DNA from: Euglena gracilis
Lineage: Eukaryota
Direction of reading: 5' to 3'
Length of the DNA: 64,000 bases
Assembly (NCBI GenBank): GCA_039621445.1
Contig: CP154954.1
Span: forward strand, 1,054,001 to 1,118,000
Shown here one piece after another: positions 52,881 to 64,000 of this stretch. The position numbers and the translations under genes were made by a program. Each line of letters starts with the position of its first letter. The stretch's first letter is position 1. A model generated the notes under the pieces. It saw nothing but the letters and a program-made list of their open reading frames with translations, searched no databases and was not told the DNA's origin.

Positions 52881-54800
52881 AATTATAGTTATTGCCGCTG
52901 TTCACAGGGGCTTCAGTCACTAGCTTTGCTTACGCTAACCAATTTCTTTAACCTTCCTGCACTGAGCAGGCCTCGGCCCCCATACATCGTTTTTCAACTT
53001 CGCGGAGACCTGTGCTTTTGGTAAGCAGTCGCTTGGACCTCTTTTCTGCCACCTCATTAGAGGTACTTCTTCTTCCGAAGTTACGAAGTCATTTTGCCGA
53101 GTTCCTTAGAAAGAGTTATCTCGCGCTCCTTAGTATATTCTACTAACCTACCTGTGTCAGTTTACGGTACAGGCGAGCTCACTATACATAAACAAAAGTT
53201 TTTCTTGGAAACATGACATCAATCACTTTCAATACCGTAGTATTTATACTATTCAGGCCTTAAGACAAAATATTTTTTTTAATATTTGATACCTCTTGAA
53301 CCCTTAAACCACAAACCATCACGTGGCCGATCTAGCCTTTTTCGTCACTCCTTACAAGTGAGCATTCGGTACAGGAATATTAACCTGTCATCCATCAATT
53401 TACGTTGTTAAACCTTATTTTAGGACCTGACTAACCCTTAGAGGACGAACCTGGCTAAGGAAACCTTAGGTTTTCGGAGCATAGGATTTTCACCAATGTT
53501 TTCGTTACTTAAGCCGACATTCTCACTTCTGTTTAATCCAGAACTATTTTCACTATTCCTTCTCTTCAACACAGAACGCTCTTCTACCGATTTCTCTCAC
53601 ACCTTCGGCAAATTACTTAGTCCCGTTCATTTTCGGCGCACTATCACTTGACCAGTAAGCTATTACGCACTTTTTAAAGGAATGGCTGCTTCTAAGCCAA
53701 CCTCCTGGTTGTCTATGTAATAGTACATCCTTTACCACTTAGTAATTATTTAGGGGCCTTAAGTAGTGATCTGGGCTGTTTCCCTCTTGACAATGAAGCT
53801 TATCCCCCACTGTCTCACTGATTAATTGAAATATAACTTAGTATTCAGAGTTTGCCACAACTTGGTACCATTTTCATAGCCCGCATCGAAACAGTGCTTT
53901 ACCCCTAATGTTTACCATAATTAAACGCTGCGCCTCAACGCATTTCGAAGAGATCCAGCTAGCTCCAAGTTCGATTGGAATTTCTCCCCTAATCACAGTT
54001 CATCCCCCAATTTTTCAACATTGGTGGGTTCGGTCCTCCATTCTGTTTTACCAAAACTTCAACCTGACCATGATTAGATCACCTGGGTTCGGGTCTATAA
54101 GCAATGACATAAACTTTCAAGAAGAAAGTTTTTCGCTTTATTTAAGCTCGATTTCACTATGGCTCCGGAAAAACCTTAACCTTGCCATCACCTATAAGTC
54201 GCCGGCTCATTCTTCAACAGGCACACAGTCAATCTTTAAATAGATCTCCTACTGCTTGTAAACTTATGCTTTCATATTCTATTTCACTCACTTCTCAGTG
54301 TTCTATTTCAGCTTTCCCTCACGGTACTCGTACACTATCGGTCATTTAGGAGTATTTAGCCTTACGAGATGGTCCTCGCTGATTCACACAGAATTCCACG
54401 TGCTCTATGCTACTCGGGAAAATCAAAAATTACTTTTTAAAAACAAATACGGGATTTAAAACCCTCTTTGATTTTGTTTTCAACAAATTCTCTATCTTTT
54501 TCAGTAATTATAATATACCCACAACACCCATAAAGGTTTAGGCTGATTTCCGTTAGCTCGCCACTAATAAGAAAATCGCTTTTGCTTTCTTTTCCTTCGG
54601 CTACTAAGATGTTTCAGTTCACCAAGTTCTCTACATTATTTGTATACCATTTCATTGTAATGTTAAAGTAATAGGTTGCCCCATTCGGGAATCTTTAGAT
54701 TAAAGCTCGTCTTTAGCTCCCTAAAGCATATCGTTAATTTCTACGCCCTTCTTCGACTCTAAATGCCAAGCAATCCCGCATAAGCCCTTGTTCATTTGAA
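51924..54800 (-). rRNA. rrl: 23S rRNA
   Basis: Reverse complement of 34648-37524. Confidence 0.97.
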
Positions 54801-54818
54801 CCTACATCAAAACCTTTT

Positions 54819-54891
54819 TGGAGATAAGCGGACTCGAACCGCTGACATCTGCCTTGCAAAGGCAGCGCTCTACCAACTGAGCTATACCCCC
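54819..54891 (-). tRNA. trnA: tRNA-Ala(UGC)
   Basis: Reverse complement of 34557-34629. Confidence 0.95.
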
Positions 54892-54900
54892 AAAACCAAG

Positions 54901-54974
54901 AGGGCCATGCTAGACTTGAACTAGCGACCTTACCCTTATCAAGGGTATGCTCTAACCAACTGAGCTAATAGCCC
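54901..54974 (-). tRNA. trnI: tRNA-Ile(GAU)
   Basis: Reverse complement of 34474-34547. Confidence 0.95.
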
Positions 54975-55060
54975 TCTTGGAAAAATAAGAGGTTTCCCTA
55001 CTTATTTTTTTTATTTTTCATTGTTTCCAATCTATACATTTTTTTAGTTAAAAAACTAAA

Positions 55061-55179
55061 GGGAGTTGTTCCAGCCACACCTTCCAGTACGGCTACCTTG
55101 TTACGACTTCACCCCAGTCACCAGCCAGGCCTTAGGTATTTCCCTCTTTTCAGGCAAGATAATAACTTCGGGCACAGCC

Positions 55180-55217
<38 letters not shown>

Positions 55218-55473
55218 AGAACGTATTCACCGCCGTATAGCTGACCGGCGATTACTAGCGATTCCGGCTTCATGTAGGCGAGTTTCAGCCTACAATCCGA
55301 ACTTAGGCTAAGTTTTAAGATTAGCTCATTTTCACAAAATTGCAACTTATTGTCTTAACCATTGTAGCACGTGTGTAGCCCAGGATATAAGGGGCATGAT
55401 GACTTGACGTCGTCCTCACCTTCCTCCGGTAATAACCAGCAGTATTTCTAAATGACAAGCGTTAATTAAAAAA

Positions 55474-55538
<65 letters not shown>

Positions 55539-55606
55539 CCACCTGTGTCTAGATACCCGAAGGTACTGCGTTCTTTCAAACTTCCTCCTAGATCCTGTCA
55601 AATCCT

Positions 55607-55687
<81 letters not shown>

Positions 55688-55780
55688 CTTGTGCAAGCGT
55701 ACTCCCCAGGCGGGATACTTAACGTGTTAACTACAGCAGTGCACTTTCAGCACCACTTAGTATCCATAGTTTACGGCCAA

Positions 55781-55812
<32 letters not shown>

Positions 55813-56556
55813 TCAGCTTTCGTTTCTCAGCGTCAGTATTGGCCTAGAAAAGTGCCTTCGCCATTGGTGTTCTTTCCAATCTCTACGCATTTCACCGCTA
55901 CACTGGAAATTCCCTTCACCCCTACCATACTCAAGTCTAGCAGTTTTTAATGCCCTTCCAAAGTTAAGCTTTGACTTTTAACATTAAACACACTTGACCG
56001 CCTACAAACTCTTTACGCCCAATAATTCCGGATAACGCTCGCATCTCCCGTATTACCGCGGCTGCTGGCACGGAATTAGCCGATGCTTATTCCTCAAATA
56101 CCGTCATTTCTTCTTCTTTGAGAAAAGAAGTTTACAACCCAAAGGCCGTCTTCCTTCACGCGGTATTGCTCCGTCAGGCTTGCGCCCATTGCGGAAAATT
56201 CCTCACTGCTGCCTTCCGTAGAAGTCTGTTCCGTTCTCAATCCCAGTGTGGCTGATCATCCTCTCAAATCAGCTACTGATCGTCGCCTTGGTAAGCCTTT
56301 ACCTCACCAACAAGCTAATCAGATGCAAGCTCATGCCTAGGCGAAATTCTCTTTAACTAGCTACTCACATAGATCTAGTAAATTATGAGGCATTAGCAAA
56401 CGTTTCCATCTGTTATTCCTCGCCCAAGCGCAGATTCTTACATATTACTCACCCGTCCGCCACTAAATTACTATTGCTAGTAATTTCGTTCAACTTGCAT
56501 GTGTTAAGCATACCGCCAGCGTTCACCCTGAGCAAGGATCAAACTCGTCATTTCCA
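55061..56556 (-). rRNA. rrs: 16S rRNA
   Basis: Reverse complement of 32892-34387. Confidence 0.97.
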
Positions 56557-56636
56557 AAACATCAAAGTTGGTCAAATCCTCTCACCCTCTTGGTGACCAA
56601 GCAAGGGGCACATTTACTATAATGTGTACACTAAAA

Positions 56637-56790
56637 GCGCGCTTTGTAGGATTCGAACCTACTACATCAGGTTTTGGAGACCTACGCCTTAGGATTTTAA
56701 AGAAAAGAAATATTTGGCTAATACAAGGATTCAATCCACGACCCTACCCTTATCAAAGGTATTCTATAATAATAAAAGATAATAGTGATC
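56637..56790 (-). pseudogene. Pseudo-trnW and pseudo-trnI leader
   Basis: Reverse complement of 32660-32811. Confidence 0.75.
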
Positions 56791-57640
56791 TTTGAAAAAT
56801 AAAAAATTTTCCTTTTGATTTTTTTATTTTTTAAAATTTATACGGTATTTTAAAAAAAAAAAAAAAAATTGTCCCAGCCACACGTTAAAGTACGGAAAAA
56901 TTTACACTAGGAATTAAGCTAAGTTATTTCTTGTGAATGAAAAGAATTCACAAGATCAGGGGTAAAAGCATAACACCTAAACTGTGCGCATGAGCATTTA
57001 CGTATGAAAGTCTAGGAACCTTACCTTAATATTTTTCAATATCACAAAATATAGGGTACTCAGCAGCAATATAAGAAGTATAAAGACATTTTGGTCTCTT
57101 GTAGCATTTTATAAATATTCGTCCAAATCGACAATGAACGACACGCTTCTTACTAGCAAAAGATTTACAACTAAAAAGCACACACATAACACAAAGAACC
57201 AAATACAAAGTAGCAATAACTATAATGTACAACAAAATAAAACTCTTATCAGAAGATTACCTAATATTCTCACTATGATTCAACCTATCTTGTTGAATTT
57301 TGTGATTAATCTTTTATATTAGCGAAGAAACATAGTCATTTTCCAAACACTCGAGGATATTATTCATATCGTTTAAAATTTTAAAAGAAAAATATTACGA
57401 AATTCACTGATTTCTATAAACAGATTGTCTTATTTTTTCCGAAGCATCATGTTTTGGCCAAAAAAAATTCAAACTTAAAGGAAACGTGGTTTGACAAATT
57501 CCTTGGTTTAATTATACCACAATACATTTATCCATGCAATAAAACACTAACGTAACGGCAGTCATAAAAATTACTCGAAAATCGAGTTAATATTAATAAA
57601 TAAACTCACTAAGAGACAATTAAATAAATTAAACTTCCCA

Positions 57641-57756
57641 TAAGGGCACTAAAATCTTTTCCCGGAAAGTAACCTTTCAAGTATCTATTTACCCTTTATG
57701 TTTAACTTGCAAGTTCGAAATGTTTTAAGTGGATCCATAAAGACAAGAGCACCCTA
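57641..57756 (-). rRNA. rrf: 5S rRNA (internal variant)
   Basis: Reverse complement of 31691-31806. Confidence 0.85.
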
Positions 57757-57843
57757 AAATAAAAGTTCATTCAAGAAACTTTTAAATCTTAAAAAAGTGA
57801 CAAGTAAAAATAAATGTTTTGTTTTCATATAGGAAAAAATTTT

Positions 57844-58147
57844 CGGTCGGTTAGTATATCTCGGCTAAAATTGTTACCAATTGTACACCTAATACCTATC
57901 AAACGGTTCGTCTTACCGTGACCTATGAAGAGTACTTATCTTAAGGTGGGCTTCCTACTTATATGCTTTCAGCAGTTATCCACTCCGCACTTGACTACCC
58001 AGCGTATTCTGTTGGCACAAAAACTGGTACATCAGTGGTGCGTCCTTCCCGGTCCTCTCGTACTAAGGAAAGCGCCTTTCAATACTCTAACGCTCACACC
58101 GGATATGGACCGAACTGTCTCTCGACGTTCTGAACCCAGCTCACGTA

Positions 58148-58182
<35 letters not shown>

Positions 58183-58199
58183 GTACTACCGCCCCAGGT

Positions 58200-58259
<60 letters not shown>

Positions 58260-58747
58260 CAGCCTGTTATCCCTAGAGTAACTTTTATCTGTTTACGACG
58301 GCCTTTCCATACAGCACCGTCGGGTCACTAAGACCGACTTTAGTCTCTGTTTGACTTATAAGTCTCACAGTCAAGCTTTCTTATGCCTTTACACTCCACA
58401 ACTAATTTCCGTCTAGCCTGAGAAAACCTTTGTACGCCTCCGTTACTTTTTAGGAGGCTACCGCCCCAGTAAAACTGCCCACCTGAAACTGTCAATTATC
58501 ATGATTGTACATAAGATTAAGATTAGATTTCTAGCTTTCTCAGAGTGGTATCTCATTTTTCGGCTCCCCGTATCCCAAAAGACAAGATCATAGCCTCCCA
58601 CCTATTCTGCGCAAAAAAAGCCCGAAACCAATTTCAGGATACAGTAAAGCTTCATAGGGTCTTTCTGTCCAAGTGCAAGTAGACCGCATCTTCACAGTCA
58701 ATTCTATTTCACCGAGTCTCTTTCTGAGACAGTGTCCAAATCGTTAA

Positions 58748-58800
<53 letters not shown>

Positions 58801-60721
58801 AATTATAGTTATTGCCGCTGTTCACAGGGGCTTCAGTCACTAGCTTTGCTTACGCTAACCAATTTCTTTAACCTTCCTGCACTGAGCAGGCCTCGGCCCC
58901 CATACATCGTTTTTCAACTTCGCGGAGACCTGTGCTTTTGGTAAGCAGTCGCTTGGACCTCTTTTCTGCCACCTCATTAGAGGTACTTCTTCTTCCGAAG
59001 TTACGAAGTCATTTTGCCGAGTTCCTTAGAAAGAGTTATCTCGCGCTCCTTAGTATATTCTACTAACCTACCTGTGTCAGTTTACGGTACAGGCGAGCTC
59101 ACTATACATAAACAAAAGTTTTTCTTGGAAACATGACATCAATCACTTTCAATACCGTAGTATTTATACTATTCAGGCCTTAAGACAAAATATTTTTTTT
59201 AATATTTGATACCTCTTGAACCCTTAAACCACAAACCATCACGTGGCCGATCTAGCCTTTTTCGTCACTCCTTACAAGTGAGCATTCGGTACAGGAATAT
59301 TAACCTGTCATCCATCAATTTACGTTGTTAAACCTTATTTTAGGACCTGACTAACCCTTAGAGGACGAACCTGGCTAAGGAAACCTTAGGTTTTCGGAGC
59401 ATAGGATTTTCACCAATGTTTTCGTTACTTAAGCCGACATTCTCACTTCTGTTTAATCCAGAACTATTTTCACTATTCCTTCTCTTCAACACAGAACGCT
59501 CTTCTACCGATTTCTCTCACACCTTCGGCAAATTACTTAGTCCCGTTCATTTTCGGCGCACTATCACTTGACCAGTAAGCTATTACGCACTTTTTAAAGG
59601 AATGGCTGCTTCTAAGCCAACCTCCTGGTTGTCTATGTAATAGTACATCCTTTACCACTTAGTAATTATTTAGGGGCCTTAAGTAGTGATCTGGGCTGCT
59701 TTCCCTCTTGACAATGAAGCTTATCCCCCACTGTCTCACTGATTAATTGAAATATAACTTAGTATTCAGAGTTTGCCACAACTTGGTACCATTTTCATAG
59801 CCCGCATCGAAACAGTGCTTTACCCCTAATGTTTACCATAATTAAACGCTGCGCCTCAACGCATTTCGAAGAGATCCAGCTAGCTCCAAGTTCGATTGGA
59901 ATTTCTCCCCTAATCACAGTTCATCCCCCAATTTTTCAACATTGGTGGGTTCGGTCCTCCATTCTGTTTTACCAAAACTTCAACCTGACCATGATTAGAT
60001 CACCTGGGTTCGGGTCTATAAGCAATGACATAAACTTTCAAGAAGAAAGTTTTTCGCTTTATTTAAGCTCGATTTCACTATGGCTCCGGAAAAACCTTAA
60101 CCTTGCCATCACCTATAAGTCGCCGGCTCATTCTTCAACAGGCACACAGTCAATCTTTAAATAGATCTCCTACTGCTTGTAAACTTATGCTTTCATATTC
60201 TATTTCACTCACTTCTCAGTGTTCTATTTCAGCTTTCCCTCACGGTACTCGTACACTATCGGTCATTTAGGAGTATTTAGCCTTACGAGATGGTCCTCGC
60301 TGATTCACACAGAATTCCACGTGCTCTATGCTACTCGGGAAAATCAAAAATTACTTTTTAAAAACAAATACGGGATTTAAAACCCTCTTTGATTTTGTTT
60401 TCAACAAATTCTCTATCTTTTTCAGTAATTATAATATACCCACAACACCCATAAAGGTTTAGGCTGATTTCCGTTAGCTCGCCACTAATAAGAAAATCGC
60501 TTTTGCTTTCTTTTCCTTCGGCTACTAAGATGTTTCAGTTCACCAAGTTCTCTACATTATTTGTATACCATTTCATTGTAATGTTAAAGTAATAGGTTGC
60601 CCCATTCGGGAATCTTTAGATTAAAGCTCGTCTTTAGCTCCCTAAAGCATATCGTTAATTTCTACGCCCTTCTTCGACTCTAAATGCCAAGCAATCCCGC
60701 ATAAGCCCTTGTTCATTTGAA
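57844..60721 (-). rRNA. rrl: 23S rRNA
   Basis: Conserved 23S motifs on the minus strand. Confidence 0.97.
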
Positions 60722-60739
60722 CCTACATCAAAACCTTTT

Positions 60740-60812
60740 TGGAGATAAGCGGACTCGAACCGCTGACATCTGCCTTGCAAAGGCAGCGCTCTACCAACTG
60801 AGCTATACCCCC
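60740..60812 (-). tRNA. trnA: tRNA-Ala(UGC)
   Basis: Identical to the other copies. Confidence 0.95.
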
Positions 60813-60821
60813 AAAACCAAG

Positions 60822-60895
60822 AGGGCCATGCTAGACTTGAACTAGCGACCTTACCCTTATCAAGGGTATGCTCTAACCAACTGAGCTAATAGCCC
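60822..60895 (-). tRNA. trnI: tRNA-Ile(GAU)
   Basis: Identical to the other copies. Confidence 0.95.
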
Positions 60896-60980
60896 TCTTG
60901 GAAAAATAAGAGGTTTCCCTACTTATTTTTTTATTTTTCATTGTTTCCAATCTATACATTTTTTTAGTTAAAAAACTAAA

Positions 60981-61099
60981 GGGAGTTGTTCCAGCCACAC
61001 CTTCCAGTACGGCTACCTTGTTACGACTTCACCCCAGTCACCAGCCAGGCCTTAGGTATTTCCCTCTTTTCAGGCAAGATAATAACTTCGGGCACAGCC

Positions 61100-61137
<38 letters not shown>

Positions 61138-61394
61138 AGAACGTATTCACCGCCGTATAGCTGACCGGCGATTACTAGCGATTCCGGCTTCATGTAGGCG
61201 AGTTTCAGCCTACAATCCGAACTTAGGCTAAGTTTTAAGATTAGCTCATTTTCACAAAATTGCAACTTATTGTCTTAACCATTGTAGCACGTGTGTAGCC
61301 CAGGATATAAGGGGCATGATGACTTGACGTCGTCCTCACCTTCCTCCGGTAATAACCAGCAGTATTTCTAAATGACAAGCGTTAATTAAAAAAA

Positions 61395-61459
<65 letters not shown>

Positions 61460-61527
61460 CCACCTGTGTCTAGATACCCGAAGGTACTGCGTTCTTTCAA
61501 ACTTCCTCCTAGATCCTGTCAAATCCT

Positions 61528-61608
<81 letters not shown>

Positions 61609-61701
61609 CTTGTGCAAGCGTACTCCCCAGGCGGGATACTTAACGTGTTAACTACAGCAGTGCACTTTCAGCACCACTTAGTATCCATAGTTTACGGCCA
61701 A

Positions 61702-61733
<32 letters not shown>

Positions 61734-62477
61734 TCAGCTTTCGTTTCTCAGCGTCAGTATTGGCCTAGAAAAGTGCCTTCGCCATTGGTGTTCTTTCCAA
61801 TCTCTACGCATTTCACCGCTACACTGGAAATTCCCTTCACCCCTACCATACTCAAGTCTAGCAGTTTTTAATGCCCTTCCAAAGTTAAGCTTTGACTTTT
61901 AACATTAAACACACTTGACCGCCTACAAACTCTTTACGCCCAATAATTCCGGATAACGCTCGCATCTCCCGTATTACCGCGGCTGCTGGCACGGAATTAG
62001 CCGATGCTTATTCCTCAAATACCGTCATTTCTTCTTCTTTGAGAAAAGAAGTTTACAACCCAAAGGCCGTCTTCCTTCACGCGGTATTGCTCCGTCAGGC
62101 TTGCGCCCATTGCGGAAAATTCCTCACTGCTGCCTTCCGTAGAAGTCTGTTCCGTTCTCAATCCCAGTGTGGCTGATCATCCTCTCAAATCAGCTACTGA
62201 TCGTCGCCTTGGTAAGCCTTTACCTCACCAACAAGCTAATCAGATGCAAGCTCATGCCTAGGCGAAATTCTCTTTAACTAGCTACTCACATAGATCTAGT
62301 AAATTATGAGGCATTAGCAAACGTTTCCATCTGTTATTCCTCACCCAAGCGCAGATTCTTACATATTACTCACCCGTCCGCCACTAAATTACTATTGCTA
62401 GTAATTTCGTTCAACTTGCATGTGTTAAGCATACCGCCAGCGTTCACCCTGAGCAAGGATCAAACTCGTCATTTCCA
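60981..62477 (-). rRNA. rrs: 16S rRNA
   Basis: Conserved 16S motifs on the minus strand; lacks the 9-nt deletion of its mirror copy. Confidence 0.97.
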
Positions 62478-62557
62478 AAACATCAAAGTTGGTCAAATCC
62501 TCTCACCCTCTTGGTGACCAAGCAAGGGGCACATTTACTATAATGTGCCCACTAAAA

Positions 62558-62711
62558 GCGCGCTTTGTAGGATTCGAACCTACTACATCAGGTTTTGGAG
62601 ACCTACGCCTTAGGATTTTAAAGAAAAGAAATATTTGGCTAATACAAGGATTCAATCCACGACCCTACCCTTATCAAAGGTATTCTATAATAATAAAAGA
62701 TAATAGTGATC
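62558..62711 (-). pseudogene. Pseudo-trnW and pseudo-trnI leader
   Basis: Matches 56637-56790. Confidence 0.75.
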
Positions 62712-63561
62712 TTTGAAAAATAAAAAATTTTCCTTTTGATTTTTTTATTTTTTAAAATTTATACGGTATTTTAATTAAAAATAAAAAAATTGTCCCAGCC
62801 ACACGTTAAAGTACGGAAAAATTTACACTAGGAATTAAGCTAAGTTATTTCTTGTGAATGAAAAGAATTCACAAGATCAGGGATAAAAGCATAACACCTA
62901 AACTGTGCGCATGAGCATTTACGTATGAAAGTCTAGGAACCTTACCTTAATATTTTTCAATATCACAAAATATAGGGTACTCAGCAGCAATATAAGAAGT
63001 ATAAAGACATTTTGGTCTCTTGTAGCATTTTATAAATATTCGTCCAAATCGACAATGAACGACACGCTTCTTACTAGCAAAAAATTTACAACTAAAAAGC
63101 ACACACATAACACAAAGAACCAAATACAAAGTAGCAATAACTATAATGTACAACAAAATAAAACTCTTATCAGAAGATTACCTAATATTCTCACTATGAT
63201 TCAACCTATCTTGTTGAATTTTGTGATTAATCTTTTATATTAGCGAAGAAACATAGTCATTTTCCAAACACTCGAGGATATTATTCATATCGTTTAAAAT
63301 TTTAAAAGAAAAATATTACGAAATTCACTGATTTCTATAAACAGATTGTCTTATTTTTTCGGAAGCATCATGTTTTGGCCAAAAAAAATTCAAACTTAAA
63401 GGAAACGTGGTTTGACAAATTCCTTGGTTTAATTATACCACAATACATTTATCCATGCAATAAAACACTAACGTAACGGCAGTCATAAAAATTACTCGAA
63501 AATCGAGTTAATATTAATAAATAAACTCACTAAGAGACAATTAAATAAATTAAACTTCCCA

Positions 63562-63677
63562 TAAGGGCACTAAAATCTTTTCCCGGAAAGTAACCTTTCA
63601 AGTATCTATTTACCCTTTATGTTTAACTTGCAAGTTCGAAATGTTTTAAGTGGATCCATAAAGACAAGAGCACCCTA
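63562..63677 (-). rRNA. rrf: 5S rRNA of a third rrn unit (internal variant)
   Basis: Identical to 57641-57756. Confidence 0.85.
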
Positions 63678-63764
63678 AAATAAAAGTTCATTCAAGAAAC
63701 TTTTAAATCTTAAAAAAGTGACAAGTAAAAATAAATGTTTTGTTTTCATATAGGAAAAAATTTT

Positions 63765-64000
63765 CGGTCGGTTAGTATATCTCGGCTAAAATTGTTACCA
63801 ATTGTACACCTAATACCTATCAAACGGTTCGTCTTACCGTGACCTATGAAGAGTACTTATCTTAAGGTGGGCTTCCTACTTATATGCTTTCAGCAGTTAT
63901 CCACTCCGCACTTGACTACCCAGCGTATTCTGTTGGCACAAAAACTGGTACATCAGTGGTGCGTCCTTCCCGGTCCTCTCGTACTAAGGAAAGCGCCTTT
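63765..64000 (-). rRNA. rrl: 23S rRNA 3' end of a third rrn unit (runs off the window)
   Basis: Matches 57844-58080. Confidence 0.93.

Larger units (their letters stand above)
44858..62480 (-). repeat. Inverted (fold-back) copy of ~26970-44590
   Basis: Mirror coordinates sum to ~89448-89452 for all paired ORFs (40548+48902, 37087+52361, 29284+60164). Confidence 0.97.

Noticed and set aside
26970..62480. Genuine plastid inverted repeat (IRa/IRb) with a tiny single-copy region
   Set aside because: The apex cuts rpoC1 mid-gene, the loop is only ~270 nt and the arm differences are error-like; an artefact is more probable, though not proven

Overview
This window is euglenid chloroplast DNA, most likely Euglena gracilis. 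The evidence is AT-rich DNA, dozens of short group II and ~100-nt group III introns, several twintrons and tandem rRNA operons. From left to right it holds: (1) the 3' end of psbD and 5' half of psbC on +, with two intron-encoded maturase-like genes (mat2-type in psbC intron 2, ycf13/mat1 in psbC intron 4); (2) a degraded A-rich block at ~8.2-11.5 kb; (3) a minus-strand cluster psaA(3' tip)-psaB-psbE-psbF-psbL-psbJ-rpl23-rpl2-rps19-rpl22-rps3; (4) a degraded G/A-rich block at ~23.9-26.9 kb with a corrupted 16S rRNA fragment; (5) two tandem ~5.92 kb rrn units (16S-trnI-trnA-23S-5S, with pseudo-tRNA leaders), then rpoB and a truncated rpoC1. At ~44.6-44.86 kb the sequence folds back, and everything to the window end mirrors the preceding DNA before running into a third rrn unit. 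The interesting biology is nested introns, intron-split maturases and an 11-nt exon carrying the psbD stop codon. To my knowledge these are already described for E. gracilis. The large-scale oddities (giant palindrome, low-complexity blocks, convergent gene blocks, frameshifts) look like long-read chimera or consensus artefacts. I found no convincing previously undescribed system. Splice coordinates were read by eye and may be off by a few nt.
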